Positions 51,857-64,000 of a stretch of DNA of 64,000 nucleotides are shown here, in pieces. Source of the DNA: Octopus bimaculoides. Taxonomy: Eukaryota. Under the pieces are notes generated by a model. That model was not told the origin of the DNA. It was given only the letters and a program-made list of their open reading frames with translations, and made no database searches. The stretch lies in NCBI RefSeq assembly GCF_001194135.2, contig NC_068981.1, forward strand, positions 96,377,365 to 96,441,364. Direction: 5' to 3'. Made by a program: the position numbers and the translations under genes. Each line of letters starts with the position of its first letter. The first letter of the stretch is position 1.

Positions 51857-54800
51857 TTTTATATCCTATATGTTGGATATACAGATTTCACAAAGCAGGA
51901 ATAGACAACTGTCTTCACATGACATACTTCAGATTACTCCACTGAACACGATGCTCCAATAAATACAAACTCTCAACGACTCCTGCAGCTTCCGTCATCT
52001 CATCCAATACGCTACTCTTTATAAGAGTTTGGTTAGTCCATTCTTCTAATCTCACAGGGATGTCAATGACTATCACCCAACATCTCCCCCTTTGAGATTT
52101 GACTTCCTAAGGAAGTTTAATATTTCTTCCATTTAGGCTCTACTTCCAAGCATTCTGTTTCCTCTTTCTTGTGCTATGTTTAGGTTTGACTTCTTGTGGC
52201 GTTGTAACATCAAAGGTGTCGTTGAGCACTTCCATGGGTATCTTTCTTTTTCTGTGTATCTAATTTTTAGCTGGTTTAAATGACTTTTGTGTCCCGAATT
52301 TTCACCTCTTATCATATACATCCTTTTGCCTATTTGTTTTGTTACTATTCCGTCTTCCTAACCTTCTTCCATTTTTATATATTTTGAAAACCACCTTGTC
52401 ACTCATATTAAAATACTTTGTCATATTTTTAGTGCTTTCTCCTATTCGTTTTACTGGTAACAGCTTGTCAAAAATTGACTTCATTTTTCGAGCAAACATT
52501 AGTTCCGCAGGCGATTTGCCTGAATAAGTGTTTGTTATCCTATAAACCTTCAAGAATTGTGTCAATGCACATCATCAACTAGCTGGTTTCCTAATTTCTT
52601 CAATGTTCTTTTAAATGTATCCACGAACCATTCTGCTTGCCCATTTGATCTTGGGTGATATGGCATAGTAGACATGTTGAATTGCGTACATTTTGCAAAA
52701 ACTTTAAAACCTCATACGCCATAAACTGTGTACGGTTATAGGATACTATGGTGTCCGGGACACCATATCTTGCAAAGAGTTCATGAAGAAATTCTATTGT
52801 TACCGTAGAGGTTGATTTCCTACATCTACATATTTCTGGCCACTTAGTATAACTATCTGCTACAATCAGGTAATTTGTGCCATTTATTGGTCCAGCAAAA
52901 TCTATATGTAGCCTAGTCCATGGACTGTCAGTTTTAAGCCACTGTTGGAATTTTACTGGTGGTGACTTGGCTGCAAGGGCAAAACCTCTGCAGGATTTCA
53001 CCAACTCTTCAATCTCTTCAATGTTACAGTCCATTGTTGGCCATTATACATAACTTCTCATTAGTGATTTCCTTTAATAAACACTTTTGTGGTGCGTCTG
53101 GCACTATAACTCTTTGTGCATACATCAACAGATTGTCACACAGTGAGAGATGGTTTGCATTTGTGTTACACATATTTTCTTTAGCCTTCAGTGTTTCTTT
53201 CATTTTTATAATGAATTTATCATTTTCTGATTTCAATTTTGTCTTGTAAAATAACTGGCAGGTCACAAATGACATTAAACCTTTTCAATTTCATTTTTCT
53301 CTCACAAAGCGGCAATCACAGTATCTTCAAATGGTTCCGCATTTTTAAAAAATCAATCTTGATTAACAATCAGCATGGAATATACTTCTTCTTGAAATCG
53401 TAGTTTAATATCACAACCCAATGTTGTAACCTATTAGCAGCATGGGTAGGAATTCCTTTTTTTCAACCCAGATATCGATAATAACAGTTGGTAATCTGCT
53501 TGTAGATGAAAACTTCTACCGTGCAAAAATTTGTGAAATTTTTTCACTTCAAAATGATTGCTAGAGCTTCTTTTTGGATTTGACCATAATTTTTCTCTGC
53601 TGATATCAGAGAACGTAAGGCATGAACCACCACCCTCGTGTTAACATCTTTATATTTATGTAGCATTACTGCTCCTATACCGTACTCAGAAGCTTCTGAA
53701 GCTACAACAATCTCTGCTGCAGGATTGAAGTGAGCTAATGACAAATCAGGTATTAATATTTTTTTAATTTCGTCAAATGCCTTTTGGCAATTTTCTGACC
53801 AATATCATTTCATATCTTTTTTCAGCAAATTATTCAGTGGAGCCCTAACCTTATGCATATTTTGGGATGTAATTTTGGTAATTTGCCAGTCCTAAACATG
53901 CTTGTAAGGTCACTCTATTAGTCGGAGGAGGCATATTTTTAATTGCATCTGCCCTTGATGGGTCAGGTCATCATCCATTTCTGTCAATGACTTGTCCTAA
54001 ATATCTTATTTCCGGTAAGAAAAATTAACACTTTTCTTCACTCAAGGTAAAGCTGTAATACTTGTTTCAAATACATATTTTATGTGCTCGACATGTTGAT
54101 CCCCAGATTTAATGAGTATATCATCCAGATAAGGAATTCTGACTTCACAGTCCACTAACATTGTATCGATAATCTGGTGAAAAATCGCTGGTGCAACTTT
54201 TAGACCAATTGGTAACTTCTTGTACTTATACAGTCCTTTATGCGTGTTAACTGTTCGGTATTTCAAGCATTCATCATATACTCTAATTTGTAGGTACACA
54301 TCAGAGAGATCCAATTTAGAAAGTATCTTTCCACTGTTTAATTCTGCTAAAATATCTTCCGGAGTAGGTAGCGGATAGTGGCACTTTTTAAGACATTCAT
54401 TTAACCTAGTGGAAAAATCAGTACTCACTGATTTTATTACTCTTTTTCTTGATATACACAGTTGGGGGCTGCCCATTTAGAATATTCCACTTTTTGGATA
54501 ACTCCAACTTTTTTCTAGTCTCTCTAGTTCTTCATTGACTTGTTTCATCGCTGCAAAGGGTACCATTCATTTTGGTTTAAATACTGGTATGGCATTTTCT
54601 TTGAAAACATACCCTTGTCTTGGCACAAGGACTTGATTTATCGGACAAAATTTCAGGGAAAAATTTTTTTTACCTTTTCTTTCAATTCATCTGATGACTT
54701 ATTTTTACTGGAGGAAAAACCATTTATATTTTTACAGAATAGATTTATGGGGAGGTCCCATAAGTTAAACAATTCCATCCAGTCAATACCAACCAGTTTG

Positions 54801-56256
54801 TTGCATTATTTAACAAAAATTTTGCTTTCGAGGTTTTACCCCAAAATGTAACTTGTCATTTCACCCAAAAAATGTAATTTTTTTCCTGAGATACCTTTAG
54901 CAATTTTTAAAGTTTCCATCAATGTGGGCTTTCCTATTTTTTTTTTTCCATGTCTCGGTGTTAATAATTGTAATATCACTGCCTGTATCTGGCTGTAACT
55001 TCGCATTCACGTTATTAATTTTTATGTACACAAACTTTCTTTTTTGAGCCTCACCTAGACTTTATGTGGAGAAAACCTTCCTAGACTTTTTTTCATTCCG
55101 CCTTTTTTTTTTTTTTACTCTGCAATGTGAGCTTTTTATGTCTGATTTTTTGACAGGTAAAACATTTAAAATTTTTAAACACACTTATTTTTAAAATGTA
55201 AACCTCTGCACTTGTAGCATGGATTGAGTCTTGTAAGCGATAGTAATGCTTTTCATTGATTTTCTTTGTGTCATGTCGTAGATTAATAATTCTGACATTC
55301 CTCTGCCACTACCTGCAAAGTCAAATTCTGGTCTTGTTCTTATTTTGTCAATAACCGGCACGTATCTCTGCATCTTTGCTTGCAGTTAACCCGTGAACAA
55401 AAATTATACATTTGAAGATGCCCAGGGTTAATTCTTTTAGTTTAAATTTTTCACATTCTCGATTGGCTACTCCAGCATAGGTAATGATTTTTTTCTTTTT
55501 TTTTCTTACTAGATTCAAACAATCCTGAGTATTGAACAGGGAACTCCTCTCACTGAAAATTTTTAATTTGTTTCATCGAAACAAATTTCCCTTTTTTTTT
55601 TTTTTTTTCCCCCCCCCTGCATAATGTAGTTAGCGCATTTTTCATGTTCGGCAGAGTATAATTTTCTTAAAAGTAGTTGTACCTTTTCATTTGTCCATCC
55701 AATTTTTGCATTCCTCTTTAAAGATTTCTTCATATCTTTGGAAATATGCAGAAAAAGTAATACCATCTTCTCTTCTGTGTTATAACTGAATTCTGAAATT
55801 GCATTTGCTACACCGTCTGGTGAGAACGAACCTGAAGTATTTGAGGACTTCAACATTAATTCCAGCAACTGTTGGTATTGTTGTTATTGCTGCTGTAACT
55901 GTGTTGCTGTTGCAACAGTACCACAAAGGCTAAGTCTTCCATGTAAACTAATTTTTGGGTTTTTGAAATTTTTTTTTATCAGAACAAAATGTTAATGTCC
56001 AACATAAGCTTCAAATAAACTCGTTGCCACTTTTATATCCTTCTATACATTGAATATACAGATTTCACAAAGTGGGGATAGACACAACTGTCATCACACG
56101 ATGTACTTCAGATTACTTCACTAAGCACAATACTCCAATAAATACAAACTCTCAACAACTAAGACTTTCATCTCAACTAATACACTACTCGTTATAAGAG
56201 TTTGGCTAGTCCATTCTTCCAATCCCACAGGGGTGTCAATGACTCTCGCCACAACA
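51857..56256 (-). mobile_element. Ty3/Gypsy LTR retrotransposon provirus, 4.4 kb, degenerate
   Basis: LTRs at 56031-56256 and 51857-52082; PBS-like tggcaacgag (56020-56029); PPT aaagggggaga (52083-52093); TSD tattc on both sides. RT (PLPTPEDI...KLDLSDVYLQI...YLDDILI), RNase H (ASEASEYGIGAV) and integrase (PWTRLHIDFAGP) are visible. Confidence 0.95.
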
Positions 56257-57437
56257 TATTCACTCATAGCTGTGTGTTTTGCTTCATCCCATGATTCAGC
56301 TATATTATCCACTGCATCCATAGTGTCAAGCCCTTTCTAGATGTCTCTAACTCCAGTCTTATTCTTCCCAAAAATTTTCTCATATGCTTTGAAGTTAGCT
56401 ATTGCTTTGATCCATTGGCTGAGGAAGTTATATTTTTGGGTATGTTATTCCACTCTCACATTATCAGAAATATTAAGTTCACTGGGTAGCTTAGTGCATT
56501 GTCTAAAAGGGTGATGCTTTGTTGGAAATAATTACACCTGGCATTGTACTTGTAAAACAGTTTTGGAAATGCTGGTAGTTATCCAAGCCTTCCTATTTGA
56601 ATGCCAAATTACAGGTAGATTAAACTTAGCATAGTCTTTGGATTTTGGATACTGATACACAAGTAGGAGCTTTAATGTCATATTACCAGCCACATTTCTT
56701 TCTATAAAAGCCTCAGATGACTTTTGGTGCTTTTTTTTTTAAAGCCTGGTGCTGATTTTTCTTCGTTAGAAACATGTCTTCAGTAATTTTTCTCAGCTCA
56801 AGATAATTAGAGGTAACCTCTGTATCAGCACTGACAGCTTCACCTGTCATTTTTATATTAATTAGGGTGCCATTTAAGATTTTCAAACCAGCCTACTAAC
56901 AAAGAAAAGGTTTTGCATTGAAAGTTGTACTTTTCACTTTCTGAAAATTGTTGTACAAATTTATATTCTTACTTGAATGACCACTGTTTATCAGTGCATT
57001 ATATCCAGTCTGATTGCTGATCCCAACACCTAAATGGAACTTGAGCTATTCCATTTTACACATCACTTCAGATTTATGGGGGTGGGGGGGGAGAAATTGT
57101 CCATTTAATGGAGTAGTTACTCGATTCTTGACCTAATTTACTTTTCTCACATATTGTTCCTACTATACTCATTGTAAGCTTTAATGTTTTAGCAAATGGC
57201 TGAGTTTTTCTTGCACATCATCATTTTACCATTTACTTTTCCATACTAGCACAAGTCAGATGGAATTTGTTGAAGCAGTTTTTAAACAACTAAATACCTT
57301 TCCTATCATAAGTAAGGTAATATTTCTCCTTAGCCAGACATTTCACAGAAGATTGGAAATGAATAACACTGTATGATGGTGATGCTTGCTTAAAATATCA
57401 TCACACATACAAAACGGGTTTCTTTAATTTTCTAAGG

Positions 57438-58853
57438 CAGGGGTGGGCAACCCCTGGCATGCCAATAACTTGTTTCTAGCATGCGAAACCCTCTCTCTAG
57501 TAATTCACCATTTAATGACTTTCAATAGTATATAGTGACTTTTTATTGCTCATATACATTTTACATTACAAATTAGGCCTACCTTTAATGATCTCCTCCC
57601 AGAATCGGCCAGTGTTTGTTGACAAGACAACTGCCTCACCTACTTATTCAAAATTTCTCTCGATGCACGCTACAGCAGTAATGTCATCATTATGCTGTAT
57701 TCTTGCAGAATGGGGTAGAATCTGTATATAAAGGACTGAAAATGTACAACAATGTTCGATGGCTTAACCGAGGTTTGGTTCTGAAACGATTTGTTGAATG
57801 CTTAAATGAGATAAAGCTCTTTTTGAATGATCAACATGTTTCTTATCAAGAATTGTCTGACATCTTGTGGGTTTGTAAACTGGTGTTTTTTGCAGATTTT
57901 TGGGAACATTTGAATGACTTGAATGTTAAATTACAGGGCTCTTGTAAGACACTTGATGTTATGTTTGGTTACATAAAGGCTTTTGAAATGAAACTAGATT
58001 TTAAGAGGGATGTGAACAATGAAATTTAGATACTTCCCAAACCTAGAGGTACATCAATGATCTATCAAAAGGTAACAGAACAGAATGCTAATGCCTTCAA
58101 AAGCTGTTTGTAAACATTGAGTCAAACTGTTGAGCAGTTTTTTTACAAAGTTTGCTGAATTCAGTGAACTGGAAGAGATAGCAAAATTCATGAAGTTTCC
58201 AGACATTAATCAAACTGGGAGAACTAAACTTACAAATGTTTTCATGGATAGACATGGTTGATTTTGAAATGCAGTTGATTGAATTTCAAAGTAGCTAAAT
58301 TTGGAAGCAAAAATTTATTGACCTTAGCATAGTCTTAGAAAGTATTGAAAAAAAGTAGAGACAGGAGTACCAGAGAGGAGTGAAGAAAATGAATTGTAAA
58401 GGATTTGGAATGCCATTTCAGAAGATTTTTCCAGTTTAAAAGACTTTGCAACAGCACTAATATCCATGTTTTCATATGCTTGTGAATCCTTGTTCTCAGT
58501 GATGAACTTTAAGTTTTGTAATAGGAGTAACCTGACAGATGAAACTAGGAGTGCATGCATATTTCTGAAGGTTACAAAATATAAACCCCAATACAAAATC
58601 AGTCATCAGTGATGCAGGAGCAGAATTTCCACTAATAATCTGAGTCAGCAAGTTTTCTGTCAAACTGATATTTCATCTGACTGATGTTTTCTTTTGAAAG
58701 TGGCAAAGGTTGTCAGCAAGTTTTCTGCTGGACTGATATTTTATTTGATGCTTTCTTTTGAAAGTGGCAAAGGTTCATTGTTGTTTAGATATAACTTTGA
58801 AGGTGAATAAATACATTATCCATCATTATATATTGTGTTTTACTACTCTGTGG

Positions 58854-58895
<42 letters not shown>

Positions 58896-59045
58896 CATTT
58901 ATTAAAAAAGTTCTTAACATACATTTTCTTAAGAAATATCAAGTACCCTGATATGTTCTCAAAAAAAAAATTGGTTGGCACATGGAATTTTGTGTCAGAT
59001 TTTGCCAGTTTTGGCATGCACTCTCAAAAAGGTTGCCCACTCCTG
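57438..59045 (+). mobile_element. hAT (SPIN/Charlie-like) element, 1608 bp, internally deleted transposase
   Basis: TIR caggggtgggcaac / gttgcccactcctg and perfect 8-bp TSD ttctaagg. Protein: NVRWLNRGLVLKRF...LVFFADFWEHLNDLNVKLQG and ACESLFSVMNF...RSNLTDE. Confidence 0.93.
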
Positions 59046-59437
59046 TTCTAAGGCTTTGTTCAGCCAGGGACTATAATAGAGAACACTTGCCTAAGATGCA
59101 ATGCAGTAGGATTGAGCACAAAGCCATGTGGTTGGGGACCATTCCTGCACCTATTAAACCTTTATAAAACAGGATTATGTTGGATGACTTTGAAATTGCT
59201 TTTGATTCATTTTTGCTGTCTTCCAGTTGGTTTCTTTTCAGTCCCCTTGTATAAAGGTAATGTACTATATGCTTCAATTAAATCTAATAGTAACAGTATA
59301 GACAAGAAAACCACACCAAATAGTAAAACATTAGAATCCAAGCAAAGTAGTGATATTCTGCATTGACAAATGTTTTGTTATTGCTTTGGATGCAAAAATA
59401 TGAGTAAATGAAACCTGTTGGAGCATGTGCTATTTGA

Positions 59438-59640
59438 TTAGCCCTTCAGTATTTAAACTGGCCATATTCAGCCAAAATATTCTATCTTATATTTAAACAA
59501 ACCAGATGTGACCTCTCACACCAACCCCACAATAAGTTAACTCCTCAAAATTGCAAAGCTAAAAGATAATGCATTATTCAAAACAATGTGAATAAATAAG
59601 CATTACTTTTGACAAAATAATGTGAATGCTAAAGGGTTAA
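59438..59640. mobile_element. piggyBac-like MITE (same family as 26998-27226)
   Basis: ttag-cccttcag...gctaaaggg-ttaa; internal similarity to 26998-27226. Confidence 0.7.
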
Positions 59641-60775
59641 AGTTAGTGGCAAGATCAAAGTCAAGGATGGAGTGCTAAGAAGAAAGTAAGCAGATACTGA
59701 CAAGTATGTTGATCAAAGAATAATCATGTTGGTAGAATTAGTGCATGCTCAGGCAGAATGAGTAAGTGATATTGAGTAGTGAATGTGTTTGGTGAGATTC
59801 AGGAAATTTTTATAATTGCTAAATTTACTTGAGTTTCTGTATGAGTAAGAATTGCAAACTGTACCCTAAAGTTAGTGGTCATATTTTCCAACTTCTGTTC
59901 AGTATGGAATTCCATATATCCAGAGTTTCTGTAACATGGAAAATGATTGTACCAAAAATCTCATCTTTTTTGCACATTTCACTTCTTCCTAAAGATTTTT
60001 TTGATGAGGCTTTTCTTCTGTGTGTGTCTGTGGTTTCTTAAAATTAGAGAGTTGGTTTGGCAGGATCTTTAGAGTGGTAGACAAAGTGCCTAGTAGTATT
60101 ATTTACAGATCTTTACATTCTGGCTCAACTGTACCTTTCATTCTCTTGAGTCAAAGTACCAGTCGAACTACTCAGGGTAGTGCGTCAACTAAACTTGTCT
60201 CTGAAAATTGCTGGTCTTGTGCTTGCTTATATTAGAAATAATTATATCTCGTCAATGGATTAGCAGTCGTTTGAGCATTGGAGAAAATGCTTTGCAGTAT
60301 TTGTTCTGGTTCATTGTGTTTATATCCTGCTGAGGTCAACTTGAATCTGTCCAGGGTTGACAATCAACTAAACCACTCCCCCTCAAAATTGCTGGCTTTG
60401 TGCTTAAATTATTACTATATCCATGTCACTGTATTGAGGATAGGGATTTTAATTCTAACCAACAATATACTTTCAGCAGAATTTATGAAATGAATTATTA
60501 TACTGTGATATTTCCAGACCAGTCCTTTAGTTGGTTGTAATAGTCACATTAAAGCCATTGTATTCTCTGGAGCTTTTTTTTTTTTTTTTTAAACATCCAT
60601 TGCAATTAGTAATGTTCTTGGAATTTTAAACTGAATCTTTTGAGCTAACTACAGGTACAGATTATTTACATAGTTATTCCATTGTACATGCTAGGGATAT
60701 TCCTATGCTAATTGCCCCACTTTCCCCATTCTACTTGGAGTGTGTGTATAATCATTTAAAACAATTTGATACGGT

Positions 60776-61310
60776 TCCATGCTACTTAAGGTTTCACAGG
60801 ACTCTAACTGGAACCCGTGTCTTTCAGGCTTTGGATGTGTGTGTGTGTGTGTGTGCGTGTGCGTGCGTGCGTGCGTATATATACACATACATACATGCAC
60901 TAGCACTTTACACTTAATCAGTGCTTTTTTTTTTTATGGTCTTGAGCTTAATGTTATTTTCTTAAAGACTCCAAGATTCCCATCTATTGTTTACTTTATG
61001 CTATGTCTACAGAGTTGGTTATCAGTCCTGCATATGAGCTGATTTTCGAACATCTTCCAGTATTGTCCTCTGCCTATTATCTTGTCCCACCAGTGTTTTT
61101 GACTTTACTTTCCCCCCAACAAACAATCAGCCATGCCTGCTTTCTCTGTCTTCTTATAGATTACAGCTTTATATTCTTGCATTACTTTTAATAGGAGGCT
61201 ACTCTCTCTTTTGTATTCTCTGCCACAACTGCAAGAGAATACAGTATTTATACATGATCTCCATTGAAACTTTGTTTGAGAATGATGTCCCTGAAGATTA
61301 GACTTGCTTT
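60776..61310 (-). mobile_element. Penelope-like element 3' remnant: GIY-YIG C-half plus a decayed hammerhead at 60776-60835
   Basis: NTVFSCSCGREYKRESSLLLKVMQEYKAV...TEKAGMAD... then WDKIIGRGQYWK, matching the PLE pattern YxIPCSCGxxYxGETxRxLKVRxxEH...EKSGMADH...WD. Confidence 0.7.
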
Positions 61311-62449
61311 TGAATACTGTATTTTCTGGTATACAAGGTGAATATTTCAGACTAAAATTTACAGCCAAAAAAGGTAGGTCAACTTGTACACCAAGACATC
61401 TTGGAGGACCAAAAATTCCATGTGAATTACAGCAATGATTGTAAAGATTGTATCAGTTTTTCAATGTTTACACTATATACAACGTTGACTTGTATACCAA
61501 AAAAAAAATGATACTCTCCTGATGTTGTCTGTGCCATTGATCTTCAGAATGTTCTTTGTCTTTCTAAGACAAATTGTTACTGGTTTGTTTTCTGGGCATG
61601 TGGGGGGAGGGGGTTCCATAATTTGATACAACTATGAGTGACATCTCTCCCAAATAATGCCTCTGTCAGAAAAGATCATGAGTAAGAACTGTATAACATG
61701 TCATCACTTGCAACTGTGGCAGACAATATAAAGATAAGGGTAGCCACTACCTCACACTAAAAATAATACTAGAGGAACATCATGTCTGTCTATGGACAAA
61801 CAAAAAAAAAATCAGACATCACTGATCATTTGTGGAGGAAAAAAAGGAGTCACCAACTTTTATGGAACAGTCAGTGATATAAAATGCTGGAAGACAATTT
61901 AAAGTTGCAAATTTTTGTTACAAGGATAACTAATACAAGAATATCTCTGAATGGGAGCAATCTATCTCAATGGCTTGAAGAGAGTTCAGTTCAAAATTTT
62001 GAAACTCTTACTGCATGCAACAGGCATCTGAATAATGTCGGAGTATAACAGCTGAAACATTGTTACTAATGACTAAGATTGAGATATATCTAAGTATAGC
62101 AATGAATAATGATAATTCTTTTTAAATTTAGCACACAGCCAGCAACTTTAAGGAAAATAGGAAGCTAATTACATCAATCCTGAAAGGACAAAAGACAAAG
62201 CCAACTGCAGTGGAATTTGAACTCAAAACATAAAGCTAGAATAAAATGATAATATAGTTTTAACAGATACGGGCATCCCATATGTTCCTGAAAATATGAC
62301 CGTGAAGAATTCCATGATGCAAAACCTATTTTATCATTGATTTTCATATTGTAAATTGAGATGCATTCCAAAAGAATAAGCAACCACTATTATATATGAA
62401 AGTAACAAGTTTCAAACTTGCTCTACAGTATGTACATAAAACATTTAAA

Positions 62450-63920
62450 GAGAAAGAACTACGTTAGAAATAAATGATACAATAATATAGTAGTATGGTA
62501 CATAGTCACTGGAAATGATATTGCTGTGTGATAGGCCAACCTTTTAGCCACATTCTTTACAGCAAACTGAAATGGCATTGATAGAGTTTCTATATTCTCC
62601 TCTTGTTATGCTGCTCACTTTTGTTCTAACATCATCAGCCCCTCATCAAACAAAACTTTCTCTGTGGGATCCTGGCAACTCATTGATGTCTTCAATAACT
62701 TCTTCAAATCTTACATCATTTTGCCAGCATCATAATAGTGTGCTGAACTTGATGTAGTCTCTGCTGGTGGAAAACCTGTAAAATCATGGGTACATTCTGG
62801 TCAAAAACACCATTCATAGTTGAATGCTTCCGTAATTTTATCTTCCACCTTTTACTTGTTTCATTCATTGGACTGCTGTCATGCTGGAGCACCACTTTGA
62901 AGAGTTTAGCCAAACAACTTGACCCCATCATTTATAAGTTACTTTGAAATTAGTTATCCTTCTTCAATCCATTAGATTCCACACTTGCATAATCAGAAAG
63001 GTCATCTGAGTTTACTAGGTAGCTTTGTGCTGTGTCTAAAAGGAACAAAAAAGATGTTTGTAAACCAGTCTTGGAAAAAGCTGGTTGTCATCCAAGTCTT
63101 ACTTGAACACTGAATCACATATAGATTAAGCTTAACATAGCCCTTGAAAGCCTTCAGATTTTGAAAATCACTAGCAACATTTCTCCTTTCATTTGTTAAG
63201 TTTTTAGAAGCTGTAAAGTCTATTGCTAATTTTTTCTTCACTTAGCATGATTAATAGCAGCCTAAAATTTGCCTAATTATCAGCTTCCTCTGTCATTTTA
63301 ATGTTGAACCAATTAAGGTGCCTCTTAGATTTTTCAAACTAGCCTTTACTGTAAAAGAAAAGGTCTTGCATCAGAAGTTTCACCTTCCATTTATTGCAAA
63401 TTGTCAAATTTTTAATATTAATGAAGTTTGATCATCAATCCACACACTTAAGCTTTTCCATTTTAAGTATCACTTCAAAACCATGACAAAACATTGTCCA
63501 GGTATTTAAGAATGAGTGCTTGAGTGCTCAACCCAATTTTGTCTTTAGTGTTACATATGTATTCCCACTGTAGACATTGCTAGTTTTAATGTTTTTTGGA
63601 GGGTGGGGGTTGCTATATGGCTGGTGGGGATTTCCTTTGCATCTTTTTTTTTGTGTAAAATAAAGTTTTAGGAAAGCTAGATGCTGGATTTACATTGTAA
63701 TCTCTTTACACACTATTGCCTTCACATTCATTTGATTTCTTTTCACTCATCTTTAGAAAGGTAATGCACCATACTTGCTGTGTTAGTTAAATCCAACAGT
63801 AACTGTGAAAGGCAAAAAATCCACATCAAATAGTAAAACAGTAGAACCCAAAGAAAGTGATGTTCTTCTGTGTTAGCAAAAGGTAATTATATTACTTCGG
63901 ATTCAAAAATGAGAAATGTT
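62450..63920 (-). mobile_element. Second Tigger/pogo-like remnant (small SINE fragment at ~62850-62930)
   Basis: NLKAFKGYVKLNLYVIQCSSKTWMTTSFFQDWFTNIFFVP (DDE_1); GFEEVIEDINELPGSH. Confidence 0.75.
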
Positions 63921-64000
63921 TGATAAGAGGTAGAGACAAGCCCCAAATCATTGGATTATTACACACAATCAAGATGAGGAGGTGGTGAAGAGTGCAGGTA

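Larger units (their letters stand above)
51380..59400 (-). mobile_element. Tigger/pogo-like transposase remnant split by later insertions (pieces ~51380-51856, 56262-57100, ~59150-59400)
   Basis: GNMTLKLLLVYQ...NLPVIWHSNRKAWITT (DDE_1); DAVDNIAESWDE; GFEEVIDDGV..LLGSH. The pieces align with the second copy at 62450-63920. Confidence 0.7.

Noticed and set aside
59900-59960. TWKMIVP as UBE2L3 exon 2
   Set aside because: It lacks the upstream ELxxIR/QVDE residues, has the wrong spacing relative to TWQGLIVP and has no fitting splice sites.
2984-60917. Many IYIYIY / CVCVCV / HTHTHT ORFs
   Set aside because: These are translations of (TA)n and (CA)n microsatellites.

Overview
AT-rich, repeat-dense eukaryotic genomic DNA. 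The SINE and RTE families and the (TA)n-flanked N gaps look like an octopus (cephalopod) draft assembly; this is inference. About 3.9 kb is N, so all long X-filled ORFs are artefacts. One host gene is recognisable: the 27-nt first coding exon (MAATRRLQK|GT) of a UBE2L3/UbcH7-type E2 ubiquitin-conjugating enzyme at 41096-41122 (+). No exon 2 was found in the remaining 22.9 kb. A candidate divergent first exon lies about 1 kb upstream on the minus strand. The rest is a transposon graveyard: hAT, Merlin/IS1595-like, Tigger, Helitron, a Gypsy provirus with LTRs and TSD, RTE and R4/Dong-like non-LTR elements, Penelope-like remnants and several tRNA-derived SINE families, often nested. The most interesting unannotated signal is a set of minimal type-I hammerhead-ribozyme motifs, most with palindromic stem III. 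One looks intact (1135-1210, -). One variant core occurs twice in the arms of a 139-bp inverted repeat (31139-31496) whose spacer holds a 41-bp copy of the neighbouring retrotransposon. Three are decayed, two of them just 3' of Penelope GIY-YIG ORF remnants. All calls are by eye; no database search or folding computation was run.
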